A DNA stretch of 63,111 nt, taken from a phage. The DNA is taken from the NCBI GenBank assembly GCA_033178465.1, contig GCA_033178465.1_4726.1. One strand, 5' to 3'. Shown piece by piece: positions 47,210 to 57,747 of this stretch. The position numbers and the translations under genes were made by a program. Within the stretch, counting starts at the first letter, position 1; each line of letters begins with the position of its first letter. A model generated the notes under the pieces. It saw nothing but the letters and a program-made list of their open reading frames with translations. It was not told the DNA's origin and did not search any database.

Positions 47210-48499
47210 ATGGCCCGCATCTCTCTTTTTGATAACGTCGATAAAAACGCATTCGAACTCGCATTGCTCAGCGCCGAAGATCTTCTTGCGGCAATTCCAG
47301 CGGAGCAAAATGATCCCAACGCAGAAATCGAAGAGGACGAAGTTGAGTTGGTGATTCAACGTACCGACGAGACAATCGATGAATCCAGCGAGCTGGCTGA
47401 AATCGCGGTGCGTACCTCAGCAACGCTGGAAGATACCGCATACATGATCGCACCTACGATCCCTGAAGCACGTGCGAGCGACGTCGCCCTTATCCGTCAG
47501 ATTGCTTCGACGTCAGCAGCTAACCTGGGGATGTCCGATGAAGACATGTTCCAAGCCGACGATCGTTTGGTGGAAGGGCAGGCTATCGTACTGGAAGGCT
47601 TTAAAGAACGCGCAGCACAAGCGTTATACGCAGTTTGGGTAATCATTGCGAATATCGCTGAGCAACTGTTCAAACTGTTCCAGATGTTGTTCAAGAACCT
47701 GGTCGTTGCATACAACAAAATTGTCAAGATCGCAACCGCTGTGAATAAAGGTGAGCGCCATATCAAACAGTTGGATAAGCCCACTGGAAATATGGTCAAT
47801 ATGTTCCCTAATGCTAAATCAGCGAATGCCGTGTTTGCAAGCAAGCATATCGAACAACTCGCTGCAAGCGCAAGCGGGACGGATTCACTGTTTAAGCATG
47901 TGGCTGATATCAATAAAAAGGTCGCAGACCTCACTGACCTCACACTGCTTCCGTCTATCTTAGACAAATACCTGCTGGCGATCAAATCAGCTCTGAATAA
48001 AGTTGTTTTTCCAGAGAGCGGTGGGAAGGAATTCGTTATTCAAGGTCTCGACGCTGTTGAAAACGAACGTGATGCGATTAAAGCCTATACGTTGGTGAAA
48101 AATATTCGGGTTGAGGCCGAGATGACGGTGGCCGGTGAGATAGAGAACGCAAACATTTTCAAAGACGATAACGAACTGAAAGGTGCATTGACTTCCTATC
48201 TTAACGTGTTCCGTACGATAGACTCCTCTTATTTCCACATGGTTGAAGCTTTGGCCGGTTCTGTGGAGCGTACCGCTAAACTCAACGGCATGAAAATCAA
48301 AACGAAGTGGGGTGATATGCTCGACAAGCTGCCTGAAGCCGATCGTGAAACCATCCGTCCTTATGTAAGTGCGGTTTCTGAAATGGCGCGCTTAAGTACT
48401 GTATTGTCAACCAAGATTCTTCGCGCTTCGATACGCCAATATGCGGATGCTGTATTTGCTGCAGCGAAATACTTCGACGCTGTAACCGAAAAAGCATAA
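47210..48499 (+). CDS. paralogue-family virion protein (putative head-internal/ejection protein)
   Basis: 429-aa ORF; N-terminus MARISLFDNV; acidic propeptide-like segment; paralogous to 45884-47200. Confidence 0.75.
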   Translation: MARISLFDNVDKNAFELALLSAEDLLAAIPAEQNDPNAEIEEDEVELVIQRTDETIDESSELAEIAVRTSATLEDTAYMIAPTIPEARASDVALIRQIASTSAANLGMSDEDMFQADDRLVEGQAIVLEGFKERAAQALYAVWVIIANIAEQLFKLFQMLFKNLVVAYNKIVKIATAVNKGERHIKQLDKPTGNMVNMFPNAKSANAVFASKHIEQLAASASGTDSLFKHVADINKKVADLTDLTLLPSILDKYLLAIKSALNKVVFPESGGKEFVIQGLDAVENERDAIKAYTLVKNIRVEAEMTVAGEIENANIFKDDNELKGALTSYLNVFRTIDSSYFHMVEALAGSVERTAKLNGMKIKTKWGDMLDKLPEADRETIRPYVSAVSEMARLSTVLSTKILRASIRQYADAVFAAAKYFDAVTEKA

Positions 48500-48508
48500 C
48501 CACTATAT

Positions 48509-48541
48509 CCCTTCCTCCTTCCCTTACGGGTTGGAGGAAGG
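48509..48541 (+). terminator. conserved palindromic hairpin element (family A) followed by TTTATGGCG
   Basis: CCCTTCCTCCTTCCCTTACGGGTTGGAGGAAGG after stop of 47210-48499. Confidence 0.6.
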
Positions 48542-48647
48542 TTTATGGCGTTGGTATCCGGTTATCTTTTGACTTCTGAATCAACGGTTCAGAAGGTAAA
48601 TGGCGGACATGATCACCCGCCAAGATTTTCCTACGTAGGAGTCCCAA

Positions 48648-49949
48648 ATGGAAAACGTGTTACAACAACCCATGACATCGTTGTTTCAAGGGATTGATGA
48701 TGAACCTGTAGAATCGTTCGGTATCGCTGGCAATATTCTCGATGCCAGTAATATTGAGAATCAGTTTCACTCAATCGACGAAACAAACACGGTGATGAAA
48801 GAAGGTGAACAACACCTTCAAACATTAAATAAACTCAGGTTGGATATCGTCCCAAACATGGCTGAAGTTGAAGAACGCGATATTAACACCATCAAACATA
48901 TCGCAACAACCGCAGCTGCCGGAATGGGAATGGACCCAAACCAAATCATCGAGGGTCTGGAAGAGGAAACTTCCAGCGGGATGAGCTTGAACATGGAAAG
49001 TTTTGACAAGACCGCAAAAGAAGCAACCCGAGCGTTATGGCTTTACATGAACGAGTTATACCGCTACGCGATCGATATCTGTAATCGTTGTTATCGTCGA
49101 TTCGTTCGTCAGGTGAAGCCGTTATTAAAGAAAGCGGCTGCGTTGAAAACTATTTCCGAATACGATGTTAATGAAGATAACGCATTCTGGGAGAACTTTC
49201 CTTACAACTGGCGATATCTTCATCCGAAAGGTGGTGCCGTAAGCAGTATTGCTGATTTACGACAAACCGCAGAAAACATCGTGACGAACACAGGAATCCT
49301 CGCAGCATGGCATCGTCAACTCGATCCGTTATTAATGCAGCTACTAAAAGCACCATCAGCGGATAACAAAGAAGGTATCGCTGCAGAAAACGAAGCCTGT
49401 TGGGAGAATATTCTCGAGGTCATCAACGAGGCGTTATGCGAGAAGCCGTTAACACCTGCCGGAACAGACGATCTGGTCGTTGACGTTCCTGTTGGTGCTT
49501 CCTACCTTAAATTACACAACATCGAAGACGCATCAGGAACGCAATTCAGCGTTGTGTGGGAAGCCGTATCTTTCCAATCAGCAAAAGACGGATTCCGTTT
49601 CTTACCGTTAAACGATGTTATCGACGGAACCAACGCGATCATCAACGCATTAAGTACGTTATGGTCTACGCTACGACAGTTGGAATTTAAACGTTGTCTT
49701 GAAGCAAGCCTTGCCGACCAGGACGAATGGATTCAACCTTACGAGCGTTTGCTGCAACAGATGGACAACGACGATACCACCGCATCCGCTATCGTTCAAC
49801 GTGTGGGTATCGCGCGTAACGTCGTCGGCTTCCAGGCGGTTGCTTTTGCCCGATTCCTGTTAACTGTCTGCGACGTCATCGACGGTCTTAATGATTATCT
49901 TGACGCGCATCTCGAACTTGAGGAAACCAGCAATGCTGCAGACCTATGA
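48648..49949 (+). CDS. paralogue-family virion protein (putative)
   Basis: 433-aa ORF, AGGAG RBS; N-terminal MTSLFQGIDDE motif and segment IKHIATTAAAGMGMD resembling other family members. Confidence 0.7.
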   Translation: MENVLQQPMTSLFQGIDDEPVESFGIAGNILDASNIENQFHSIDETNTVMKEGEQHLQTLNKLRLDIVPNMAEVEERDINTIKHIATTAAAGMGMDPNQIIEGLEEETSSGMSLNMESFDKTAKEATRALWLYMNELYRYAIDICNRCYRRFVRQVKPLLKKAAALKTISEYDVNEDNAFWENFPYNWRYLHPKGGAVSSIADLRQTAENIVTNTGILAAWHRQLDPLLMQLLKAPSADNKEGIAAENEACWENILEVINEALCEKPLTPAGTDDLVVDVPVGASYLKLHNIEDASGTQFSVVWEAVSFQSAKDGFRFLPLNDVIDGTNAIINALSTLWSTLRQLEFKRCLEASLADQDEWIQPYERLLQQMDNDDTTASAIVQRVGIARNVVGFQAVAFARFLLTVCDVIDGLNDYLDAHLELEETSNAADL

Positions 49950-51039
49950 CGGACAGATTCAAGCGTTAAGCTTGTTAAAAACATTACCTGTGCCAGAGAC
50001 AGCAACGCAACGACAAATTCACCAGCTTATTTATCAGCAAGCAGGCGGTATTCCGGCAACCGGTTATACCACAGAAAGTGCTGATCTCCTCACGATGGAA
50101 TCGTACAATCAGCTTGCGATGAAAATCATCAAAGCCATCATCGATGCGATCTGGACAACGTTGCGGAACATCACTGCGTTTATCGCCCGGTTTATCGATC
50201 GTAGTCGCGCACTACAGCTCGAACTCAGCAACATCCGCCGTCACTACACAAAAGCCGTTGGTCGTAAACCCATCGCGCAAAGCTTCGAAGCTTCGTCAAC
50301 GCTGGCACCGCACCTACGGTATGGGAACAGTTTTGGATTCGACTTCACAACTGGGAATACGTTATACAAACAGAATTTGGCAATCGCTGAATATCTCTTG
50401 TCTTCGTCGTTCCGTGATGATTTCAAGCAGTTCGCTAATACGTTAGATAGAGCGCTCGACATTATCTTAAAACAGACGGATACCGCATTAATCGATGTGA
50501 TTAATCGCGATGCGTATACGTTATTGCATAAAGTCTACAGTACGCTGAACGAATCGAGACTTGTCAACGTAACGTTACTGGGTAACCGTACGCTACGACT
50601 CGATCAGGTTACCACCGCAGGTTCTGGTTCAATTCAACAATCCCTCGCTATTCAATCCGCACGGTTTGAAGTCCAGGATGTACCGTCAGTTGAACGGGAT
50701 ATGGTGGTTACAATGCCAACATTAGAACAAGTTGGTGTGCTACTCGAGTCGGTAAATACGGGTGTTGATTTACTGGTTAGTTACCATCGTAAAAAGTACG
50801 CCAACGAGTTACTCGAAATCGCAGGGAATCTACAAGCAAAACTTAACGACGTTTATCGTCAACAAGGTCAGTTGTCAGTTACTACTGCTTCTGATGATGC
50901 TATGGTAGCCCTTTCTCGATACCTTACAGCGTATACCGCGTGGATCAAGGTGCCGCTTGTGGGCTATGCCGAGTTCTTTACGAATTCAACAGCGGCTATG
51001 CTTGATGTCTCTCGCGAGGCGCTGAAATATTACTTTTAA
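49933..51039 (+). CDS. hypothetical protein, possible divergent family member
   Basis: ATG at 49933 with AGGAAA RBS, overlapping end of previous gene; ~368 aa. Confidence 0.65.
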   Translation: MLQTYDGQIQALSLLKTLPVPETATQRQIHQLIYQQAGGIPATGYTTESADLLTMESYNQLAMKIIKAIIDAIWTTLRNITAFIARFIDRSRALQLELSNIRRHYTKAVGRKPIAQSFEASSTLAPHLRYGNSFGFDFTTGNTLYKQNLAIAEYLLSSSFRDDFKQFANTLDRALDIILKQTDTALIDVINRDAYTLLHKVYSTLNESRLVNVTLLGNRTLRLDQVTTAGSGSIQQSLAIQSARFEVQDVPSVERDMVVTMPTLEQVGVLLESVNTGVDLLVSYHRKKYANELLEIAGNLQAKLNDVYRQQGQLSVTTASDDAMVALSRYLTAYTAWIKVPLVGYAEFFTNSTAAMLDVSREALKYYF

Positions 51040-51054
51040 GAGGAATAACGCTTT

Positions 51055-54000
51055 ATGAAAAAATCGTTAGCTGATCTGATGCGTAAGTCGCATCTTAACC
51101 TGGAAAGCGGCGATACACCTATCGAAGTCAAAGCAACGCTTTCTACTGATAAAGAAGAGCAAGTGATCGCATTACCTACAGCGGCACGGCCAGACAGCAT
51201 CGAAGCGACGATCGAATCAGATACGCTCGAGGAAGGGGCTACCGTTGATGACGCTGTTCGTGTGATTCGTAGCACGGGTGAAAACGGCGAGGATGTCGTA
51301 CGTGCTGTTATTGTTACCCGTCCTATTGATGGTAGTTTGCGAATCCGTTTCACACCGAGCAACGGTGGTGTGACCATGGAAGACGGTAACGATGTTCAAC
51401 CGTTCGTTCTGATCGCGGTACCGACCGCACCTGGCGAAGAGCCGAAGAACCCGTATCCGGCAAACGCACCGACCGAGACACCGGCACCGAAAGTGACCAA
51501 TGACCCGACCGTTAACGCTGACCGTGACAACCTGAAGAACAAGATTCAGGATGCGGCTAACGCCATCGATCCAACCAATCCGGCACAAATCGAACAGGCT
51601 GCGCAACCGGCAGAAACCACCGAAGGTGTTAAAGGCAATGTCGTCGAACCGGAAAAAGCAGAACCTGTTGCTGAAACAGCAGCTGAGGTAGCCGAGGCGA
51701 CGCCAGAAACCAAAACGACGGAAGAACCCATCAAAGTCACCGTGATTAAACGTGTCGTAGAGAAAGTAGAAAAGGTTGAAGATACCGTCGCTAACGAACA
51801 ACCTGTTGTCGACGCTAATGACGGTAATACCGGTGAGCAGAAAGCTGAAGCAGTTGCTCAGGAAACAGAACTGCAAGGCGATGTTGAGGTCGATAGCGCC
51901 GACGAAACGTCCACCGAGGATAGCACCACCGAACCCGCGTCCGAAGAACCTACCAACACCGACGCTGATGCTGATGCTACCGACACCACAACCACCGAAG
52001 GTGACGACGATGAAGACGACGAAAACGAAGAAGATGAAGATCTGAAACAAGAGTCGTTCGAAATTCATCAAGAGCTGGAAGCCCGCGGCGTATTAGATGT
52101 TCCTGTTGTTGAACAGCGCGCATCTGTTATTCTCGGCGAAGGTGAAACAGATGTAACCGTCATTGAAACAGAACAACCGTACATTCCTGGCACCATGGTG
52201 GTACGTCGTCTTGATGGGGATAAGAGTGTTATTGTTCGCCGTACTCGTTACGCTGAACGCTTTAACGCTGATGGTCAGGGTGAAGCGATCGCCATTGTCG
52301 ACCCTACTCTGCAAGGCGAACTGAAAATGGAATTCCGTCCGGCTGAAGGTCCGATGGAAAGCTTCGAGATTCGTCCTGAAATCAAAGACGAATACATCAT
52401 GGAATCGTACAAACAGCTTGATGTCGCACTGAACAGCGATCTCAATCTGGAAGACGGGGAAAAGCAACCGGGTCGCTTTAAACAGATTCTGAAATCGGTT
52501 TACGAAGCGGTCGCGAAGTTCTTAAAAGCCCTCGTGGCGCGTTTGAAAAATCTCTTTGGTGTTAATAAGAAAAAAATCGAAGAGAAGGCCGACAAACTGA
52601 CCAAAGAACAACGCACAGCACCAGTGATGAAACTGCTTCCTCCGCCGAGCGATACCAAGAAGGTTGACGTTGAGTGGAATAAACTGGATACGCTGCTCGC
52701 AAACGACTCGAAATCTGTCGATAAGATCGTAAACGCCGTCAAAGACAGTAAACGTATTGCGGACGCGTCGAAGAAATATTTCGATGAGTTAAAGAACAGC
52801 AAGGAAGGCGAGCAAGTTCAGCATCCAGCTGAAATGAAAGCAGCTCTTGGAATGGCGGGCGTGAAAGCGTTCGGATATTCTATCGACGACGCGTTAAACG
52901 GCATTCGTGAGTTCCGTGACGAACTTAGCGCCATGAAACAGCAGGATGATGCTGTGCCGTCCAACGTTAGCGTTGAAATGCTGATCGATGCATCAACAAA
53001 ACTGTTTGACGAAGACCTCCTGAAAGCAGCTACTCAACTTCAGGAGACGGCTGAGCAGTTACTCCGCGATCTGGACAAAGTGGAAAACGAATCAGGCGCA
53101 CGCTACGTCACGCAGCGCACACGTACCCTGATGAACTTTGCAACAACTGCATGCACCGTTTACGGATTCGCCGCAAAAGAACTGGGCGATGTTACCGTTC
53201 GTATACTCACCGCTGTCGCAGCGGCTGATAACGGTGATCTCAAACAGGAAGAGTATCAGGATGTTGCCGGTGAAAACGATCCGGTTGTCACCATCGAGAC
53301 ACTGGAAGGCGATGCTGGTACTCGTGTTGTTGCTGAGGCGGAAATCGTTGATGATCCTGCTGTGGTGGAATTCGTTGAGCGTGCTGAAGAAGCGCAGCGA
53401 AATCTGGCTATCGGTCGCCACGCGGTGAACGCGGTGGAAGGTATTCTGGTAGCGGCACGTGAGATCGGTCCTGATAACTTCCAGGGTAACGTCGAAGCTA
53501 CCGAAATTGCGATGGAAGGATTCATGGATACCGTTAAGAGCGCGGTCAACCGTATCGGTAACTGGATTGAAACCAACCACCGTTACTATACCGCCGCTAC
53601 GGCTCCATGGGATAAGCTGTTCGCCGAAACACAGCAAGCGTTGGCCAAAGCGCGTCGCGGTAACCCAGCAGCAGAACGGATTATTCTGAAACGTTTCATC
53701 CGTCATCTTACCATCGGTGGTGAACCTGTCACCGATGTGAAGAAGCTCATCGCTGCGTTGGGTGAAATCAAAATGCTTGGTAACATGACGCGTGAATTAA
53801 TCGTTGCTATCAATCGTGAGCTCAGCGACGTGCGGAAGAGCAACCAGTCCGAAACATCCGCTGGATCGGTTGTTGGTCTGAAGCGTATTCCTATTCAGAA
53901 ATGGGATAAGCTCATGGTCGCTACCGTACAACCGTGGAAAGACAGCGATCGTAAAGGTGTTGGGTCCAAAGCGTATCTTGGTGAAACGCACATCGTGAAG

Positions 54001-54414
54001 GTGAGCGCGACCTATGCGACAACGCGCAACAACCCGAACGAGGAAGCAGCGAAACTGATGCAGTGGATCTACACCGGTATCAATCGCCAGTTTACGGTTT
54101 CTGACGACCTCACCAGTGAGGAATTACCGGTAGCTACTATCAGCGAACTGGAGGCAGTGCTGCGTGCGGCTCGTGAAGCACATGAAGCTTGGCTTATTGC
54201 TGACAACGCCATGCAGACCCTGCGTTCAATCGATAAATTCCTGGATAGCGAACTCAACGTTGAGAACGATGTTAATAATGTCGTTAACTACGGTATTGTT
54301 CTCGGCCTGGAAGATTGGCTGTTCCATCCGGCATTGACGTTATGGCAACAGTTCAATAAACCGATGCAAGCGGTGCTTTTCCTCATCAAAGCCCATTGCG
54401 GTGCCTACAAGTAA
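51055..54414 (+). CDS. large virion protein (1119 aa) with extended acidic low-complexity region
   Basis: N-terminus MKKSLADLM (family-like SLxD motif); region ~51700-52060 encodes Glu/Asp/Thr-rich stretch (…TEGDDDEDDENEEDEDLKQE…); AAGAGGAA RBS. Confidence 0.75.
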   Translation: MKKSLADLMRKSHLNLESGDTPIEVKATLSTDKEEQVIALPTAARPDSIEATIESDTLEEGATVDDAVRVIRSTGENGEDVVRAVIVTRPIDGSLRIRFTPSNGGVTMEDGNDVQPFVLIAVPTAPGEEPKNPYPANAPTETPAPKVTNDPTVNADRDNLKNKIQDAANAIDPTNPAQIEQAAQPAETTEGVKGNVVEPEKAEPVAETAAEVAEATPETKTTEEPIKVTVIKRVVEKVEKVEDTVANEQPVVDANDGNTGEQKAEAVAQETELQGDVEVDSADETSTEDSTTEPASEEPTNTDADADATDTTTTEGDDDEDDENEEDEDLKQESFEIHQELEARGVLDVPVVEQRASVILGEGETDVTVIETEQPYIPGTMVVRRLDGDKSVIVRRTRYAERFNADGQGEAIAIVDPTLQGELKMEFRPAEGPMESFEIRPEIKDEYIMESYKQLDVALNSDLNLEDGEKQPGRFKQILKSVYEAVAKFLKALVARLKNLFGVNKKKIEEKADKLTKEQRTAPVMKLLPPPSDTKKVDVEWNKLDTLLANDSKSVDKIVNAVKDSKRIADASKKYFDELKNSKEGEQVQHPAEMKAALGMAGVKAFGYSIDDALNGIREFRDELSAMKQQDDAVPSNVSVEMLIDASTKLFDEDLLKAATQLQETAEQLLRDLDKVENESGARYVTQRTRTLMNFATTACTVYGFAAKELGDVTVRILTAVAAADNGDLKQEEYQDVAGENDPVVTIETLEGDAGTRVVAEAEIVDDPAVVEFVERAEEAQRNLAIGRHAVNAVEGILVAAREIGPDNFQGNVEATEIAMEGFMDTVKSAVNRIGNWIETNHRYYTAATAPWDKLFAETQQALAKARRGNPAAERIILKRFIRHLTIGGEPVTDVKKLIAALGEIKMLGNMTRELIVAINRELSDVRKSNQSETSAGSVVGLKRIPIQKWDKLMVATVQPWKDSDRKGVGSKAYLGETHIVKVSATYATTRNNPNEEAAKLMQWIYTGINRQFTVSDDLTSEELPVATISELEAVLRAAREAHEAWLIADNAMQTLRSIDKFLDSELNVENDVNNVVNYGIVLGLEDWLFHPALTLWQQFNKPMQAVLFLIKAHCGAYK

Positions 54415-54430
54415 TCCGTACGCATAAACA

Positions 54431-54450
54431 GCCCGCCCTTCGGGGTGGGC
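54431..54450 (+). terminator. GC-rich hairpin followed by TTTATGCTG
   Basis: GCCCGCCC-TTCG-GGGTGGGC after stop of 51055-54414. Confidence 0.55.
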
Positions 54451-54502
54451 TTTATGCTGTCGACCATCATGTGATATCTTATCTTTCAAACAGGAATCTG
54501 CG

Positions 54503-54886
54503 ATGACACGTGAAGCAAAATTTCTTTCACTCGCACTTAACGGTGCGCAGCAACAGACTTGCTTGGTAGCGGCGTGCCCGCGACATTCAGTACCCGGTAT
54601 GTATATTTGCCGTATTAACCCACATACCGCACACGAAACCGTCGTGCAGATTCCTGTTGCGGCACTACCGGAAGGTACCAACAAACCAATCATCCAAGGA
54701 TTGCCGTTAGAAGCGCTATACGCTGTTTTAAACAACGAAATAGAAACATTAATGGAAACGTCCAATGAAACAGATAAAACGCGTCTAGGGCTCGTTAAAG
54801 AGCTTCTACAGAGCAGTCTGATTCATTATACCGGATATCGACAACAAGGAGGTGAGGAAATTAGCGAGGACGACACCGATGCCTAA
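54503..54886 (+). CDS. hypothetical protein (first gene of translationally coupled 5-gene block)
   Basis: 127-aa ORF, AGGAA RBS. Confidence 0.65.
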   Translation: MTREAKFLSLALNGAQQQTCLVAACPRHSVPGMYICRINPHTAHETVVQIPVAALPEGTNKPIIQGLPLEALYAVLNNEIETLMETSNETDKTRLGLVKELLQSSLIHYTGYRQQGGEEISEDDTDA

Positions 54887-56444
54887 ACTTGATCGAAAAA
54901 TCAATGACGTATACGCGACGGTAACACGTCCGGTTGCAATCGCGGTGTTACGGCAGATCAGCGAGCTTTGCGGGTGGGATTATAATCGGGAGAACATTCT
55001 TTTTCGAGGGGAAGCGCTTCACGCTAAAATGAGCGCTGCGAACGAGCAACCACCGCAAGTTGTTGATCAGGATGTAAAGGGGCCTGCTGACGGGTTTATC
55101 CAAATTGAGCTTAATATTGTCCCCGAAGAACAGGCCTCTATGTACGATACTGTTTACAAACGAAACAGTCTTCCCGTATTTGAAGACCGTAACCTTGGCG
55201 TATCGTTAGTACCTGTTTACAGTACGATGGTTGCAACCATGCAGATCACCAAACGGTTCGAAGATCAGGTCACTGCCGAACGTTGGTGGTACGACATGAA
55301 ACGTTTGCTGACAAGTCAGCATGTCGCCGCCTTCCTTAGCGCCGAATACAGCTATGCGATCCCAACACAGTTTCTCATGTTGTTAAAAGTTATCCACACA
55401 CACCGAGAAGCAATAGCGGGTTACGGGGATAAGTTCAGCGAATACCTTAGGGATGGGTTCGACAACCGTGCAACCACCATGACGACAGTTGCTGGTGACG
55501 GTAAGAGCGTTAAATTGGTTATCAGGGAAATGCAAGAAGAGATCTCTGGTCAATTTGATTTCACCGACGCTCCGAAGCCAGAGAAGAATGAGAACAGTTC
55601 TTCGTACAACGCAACCTTCTCTTACCGTTACACGTACGACACGCCAACACATATCGTAGCACGGTATCCTGTTCAAGTACACCAACAGATACTCCCCGAA
55701 GAGTACCTTTACAAACCGAGCCTTTCGGTGCGTGATAAATCCCGTGCGCGTCGTGGTGGTATGGTGGTGCAGTATCAGGACATTCTTCGTGATTCGTTCT
55801 TGCCCGAGCAGGGTGCGTCGATTCAAGCGTATCGGTATCCTGATCTGGATGAATGGCTACCGCCATCAAGTGTGGAAACCGAACTTCCATCAAGCACGCT
55901 TTTCACCGCGCTGCTTGCCATCGATCCTGAACAACCTAACCTGTTGGTGACGTTGGACTCGTTAGCCGAAGAAGGTGAATTCCATCCCGATCTTGTTCGG
56001 TGGTTCCGTGAGTACCCAGAATGGTCAAAATGTCATTACCAATCTCCTTTTTTCCTTGAGGTTTGGAAGGGCAAATACCGCTACGCAAGAGACGCGTGGA
56101 CATTAACCGACGTCGGTGATCTTGAAGCGAAAGATCCATTAGACCTACGGAGTGATTACCACGTCCGTCTGGCGATACTGTTAGATTTAAGTCAGTTACA
56201 GGTTGAAACACTTGAAGCATTGTGTTGTTATCCCAATCTGGTGGATGAGCTGTTTGCAGTATTAGGTCTAGATAAAAAGTACTGGCCTAAGAAGAACATT
56301 CGGGGATGCTATACGCTAATCGGGCTTATCGAAGCCATCAAACGTATCCCAACAACCGCTTCATGGTTCAAACATCGTAGTTTATTTGTACCGAGAATTC
56401 TTGTCGGTACCATCGTAGGAGTGAAACGCTATGGCGCTCGCTAA
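54879..56444 (+). CDS. hypothetical protein (521 aa)
   Basis: ATG at 54879 with GAGGA RBS, overlapping stop of previous gene (track start 54852 is GTG). Confidence 0.7.
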   Translation: MPKLDRKINDVYATVTRPVAIAVLRQISELCGWDYNRENILFRGEALHAKMSAANEQPPQVVDQDVKGPADGFIQIELNIVPEEQASMYDTVYKRNSLPVFEDRNLGVSLVPVYSTMVATMQITKRFEDQVTAERWWYDMKRLLTSQHVAAFLSAEYSYAIPTQFLMLLKVIHTHREAIAGYGDKFSEYLRDGFDNRATTMTTVAGDGKSVKLVIREMQEEISGQFDFTDAPKPEKNENSSSYNATFSYRYTYDTPTHIVARYPVQVHQQILPEEYLYKPSLSVRDKSRARRGGMVVQYQDILRDSFLPEQGASIQAYRYPDLDEWLPPSSVETELPSSTLFTALLAIDPEQPNLLVTLDSLAEEGEFHPDLVRWFREYPEWSKCHYQSPFFLEVWKGKYRYARDAWTLTDVGDLEAKDPLDLRSDYHVRLAILLDLSQLQVETLEALCCYPNLVDELFAVLGLDKKYWPKKNIRGCYTLIGLIEAIKRIPTTASWFKHRSLFVPRILVGTIVGVKRYGAR

Positions 56445-57747
56445 GAAGCCCGCGAAACCCATCATCAACCCCCAACAACCCGCGAAGGCTCGCGACGATG
56501 TTTATCGTTCTGCGGTGGTGGATGAGCAATACAATAGTCAAATCGGGTTAGTGAATTACGCATCCGGTTATTCCGTAGAATGTGATTATTACGAACAGAT
56601 TCTCGGTCGCGATGATGAACAAAGCAGTTTTCAAGCTAACCGCGATATCGCTGAACAGCAGTACCGTCGCATCAGACATTACCCTATCAAGTTAATGTCG
56701 TCATTGACGCCGTCGTACGACAACGGTACCGCACGTTTTCAATCCGAGGGTACATGTATACTTCCGGCGGTATCGGTTCCTCTTTTAGGTAACATGCTGT
56801 TAATCTCCGGTCTCGATCATCGTATCGCGGTCTACACGATCACCCGAATCACGCCGAAGAACATCAGCTTAGCACCGGCTTACGAATGTGATATTTCCTT
56901 CCAACGTATTCTTGACGAAAAACAGCTTATCGAACTGGAAGCGAAAATCGTTGAGGATACGCTGTACGACCAAGACCAGTTAAAGCACGGAAAACATCCC
57001 GTAATGGCAACGGAGAAATACAATCGTAAGTACGATTATCTCCGTCGTGCACTGGGACTTTGTCACGCATATTACCATGAATTCTACAGCCGTGAATTAA
57101 ACACACTGCTTGTTCCTGGTCAAGATGCTGCAACCTACGATCCCTGGTGTGTTAACGCGTTTACGAAATTATGGTCGTCGCTTGAAGGAAAACCTTCATG
57201 GAACTTCGGACGTCTTAACGTAGACGACAGCCAGGAAGCGAATGCGATTTCTGTCTTTGAATGGGTCATGGACGGACGTCGGGAAGACGAGGCGCGGTTG
57301 ACGGTGAAATTCACACTGTTGTCAACAAAGCGTTTCTATCAGTACCCGGCTGCAGGTGGGATTCGTTTTAGTGGTGCGCGATTCTGTATGTGGCCTGCGA
57401 CCACGTCGCTTGGTGAAGACGTAGGTAAAGAGTTGGCTGTACCTGAAAACACACCACCGACAAATCCGTTGGTGACCAACCTTACATCGATGGAGTATGA
57501 CGGCGTTCCGTTGTTTCCATCGGTAGCGGACGATCCGTACTATGTTTTCACAGAGGCTTTCTATCGCAATCAAGCCCCAATGACGATTATTGAGAGTATG
57601 GTACGTGATATGGTCGATGAGGAAGCGATCAGCCATCCGGCACTGAAACAGATGGTTGACGCAATACCGTTGCTTTCTCCGCTAGATCGTTATTATTTCA
57701 CACCGTTCGTTATTATGCTGTTACGAGCAGGAGCTATTGAACCATGA
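56431..57747 (+). CDS. hypothetical protein (438 aa)
   Basis: ATG overlapping end of previous gene; ATGA overlap with next. Confidence 0.75.
   Translation: MALAKKPAKPIINPQQPAKARDDVYRSAVVDEQYNSQIGLVNYASGYSVECDYYEQILGRDDEQSSFQANRDIAEQQYRRIRHYPIKLMSSLTPSYDNGTARFQSEGTCILPAVSVPLLGNMLLISGLDHRIAVYTITRITPKNISLAPAYECDISFQRILDEKQLIELEAKIVEDTLYDQDQLKHGKHPVMATEKYNRKYDYLRRALGLCHAYYHEFYSRELNTLLVPGQDAATYDPWCVNAFTKLWSSLEGKPSWNFGRLNVDDSQEANAISVFEWVMDGRREDEARLTVKFTLLSTKRFYQYPAAGGIRFSGARFCMWPATTSLGEDVGKELAVPENTPPTNPLVTNLTSMEYDGVPLFPSVADDPYYVFTEAFYRNQAPMTIIESMVRDMVDEEAISHPALKQMVDAIPLLSPLDRYYFTPFVIMLLRAGAIEP

Noticed and set aside
51217-52071. 284-aa minus-strand ORF (and 51546-51740, 51776-52045) inside gene 51055-54414
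   Set aside because: Lies antisense to the acidic low-complexity tract of a much longer + strand gene; translation is repetitive low-complexity (FGRGFGG…), typical frame artefact of GAA/GAT-rich coding sequence
52093-53706. Minus-strand ORFs 52093-52467, 52500-52802, 53092-53706 and 53256-53576
   Set aside because: All lie inside the 1119-aa + strand gene 51055-54414; no independent start signals; treated as shadow ORFs
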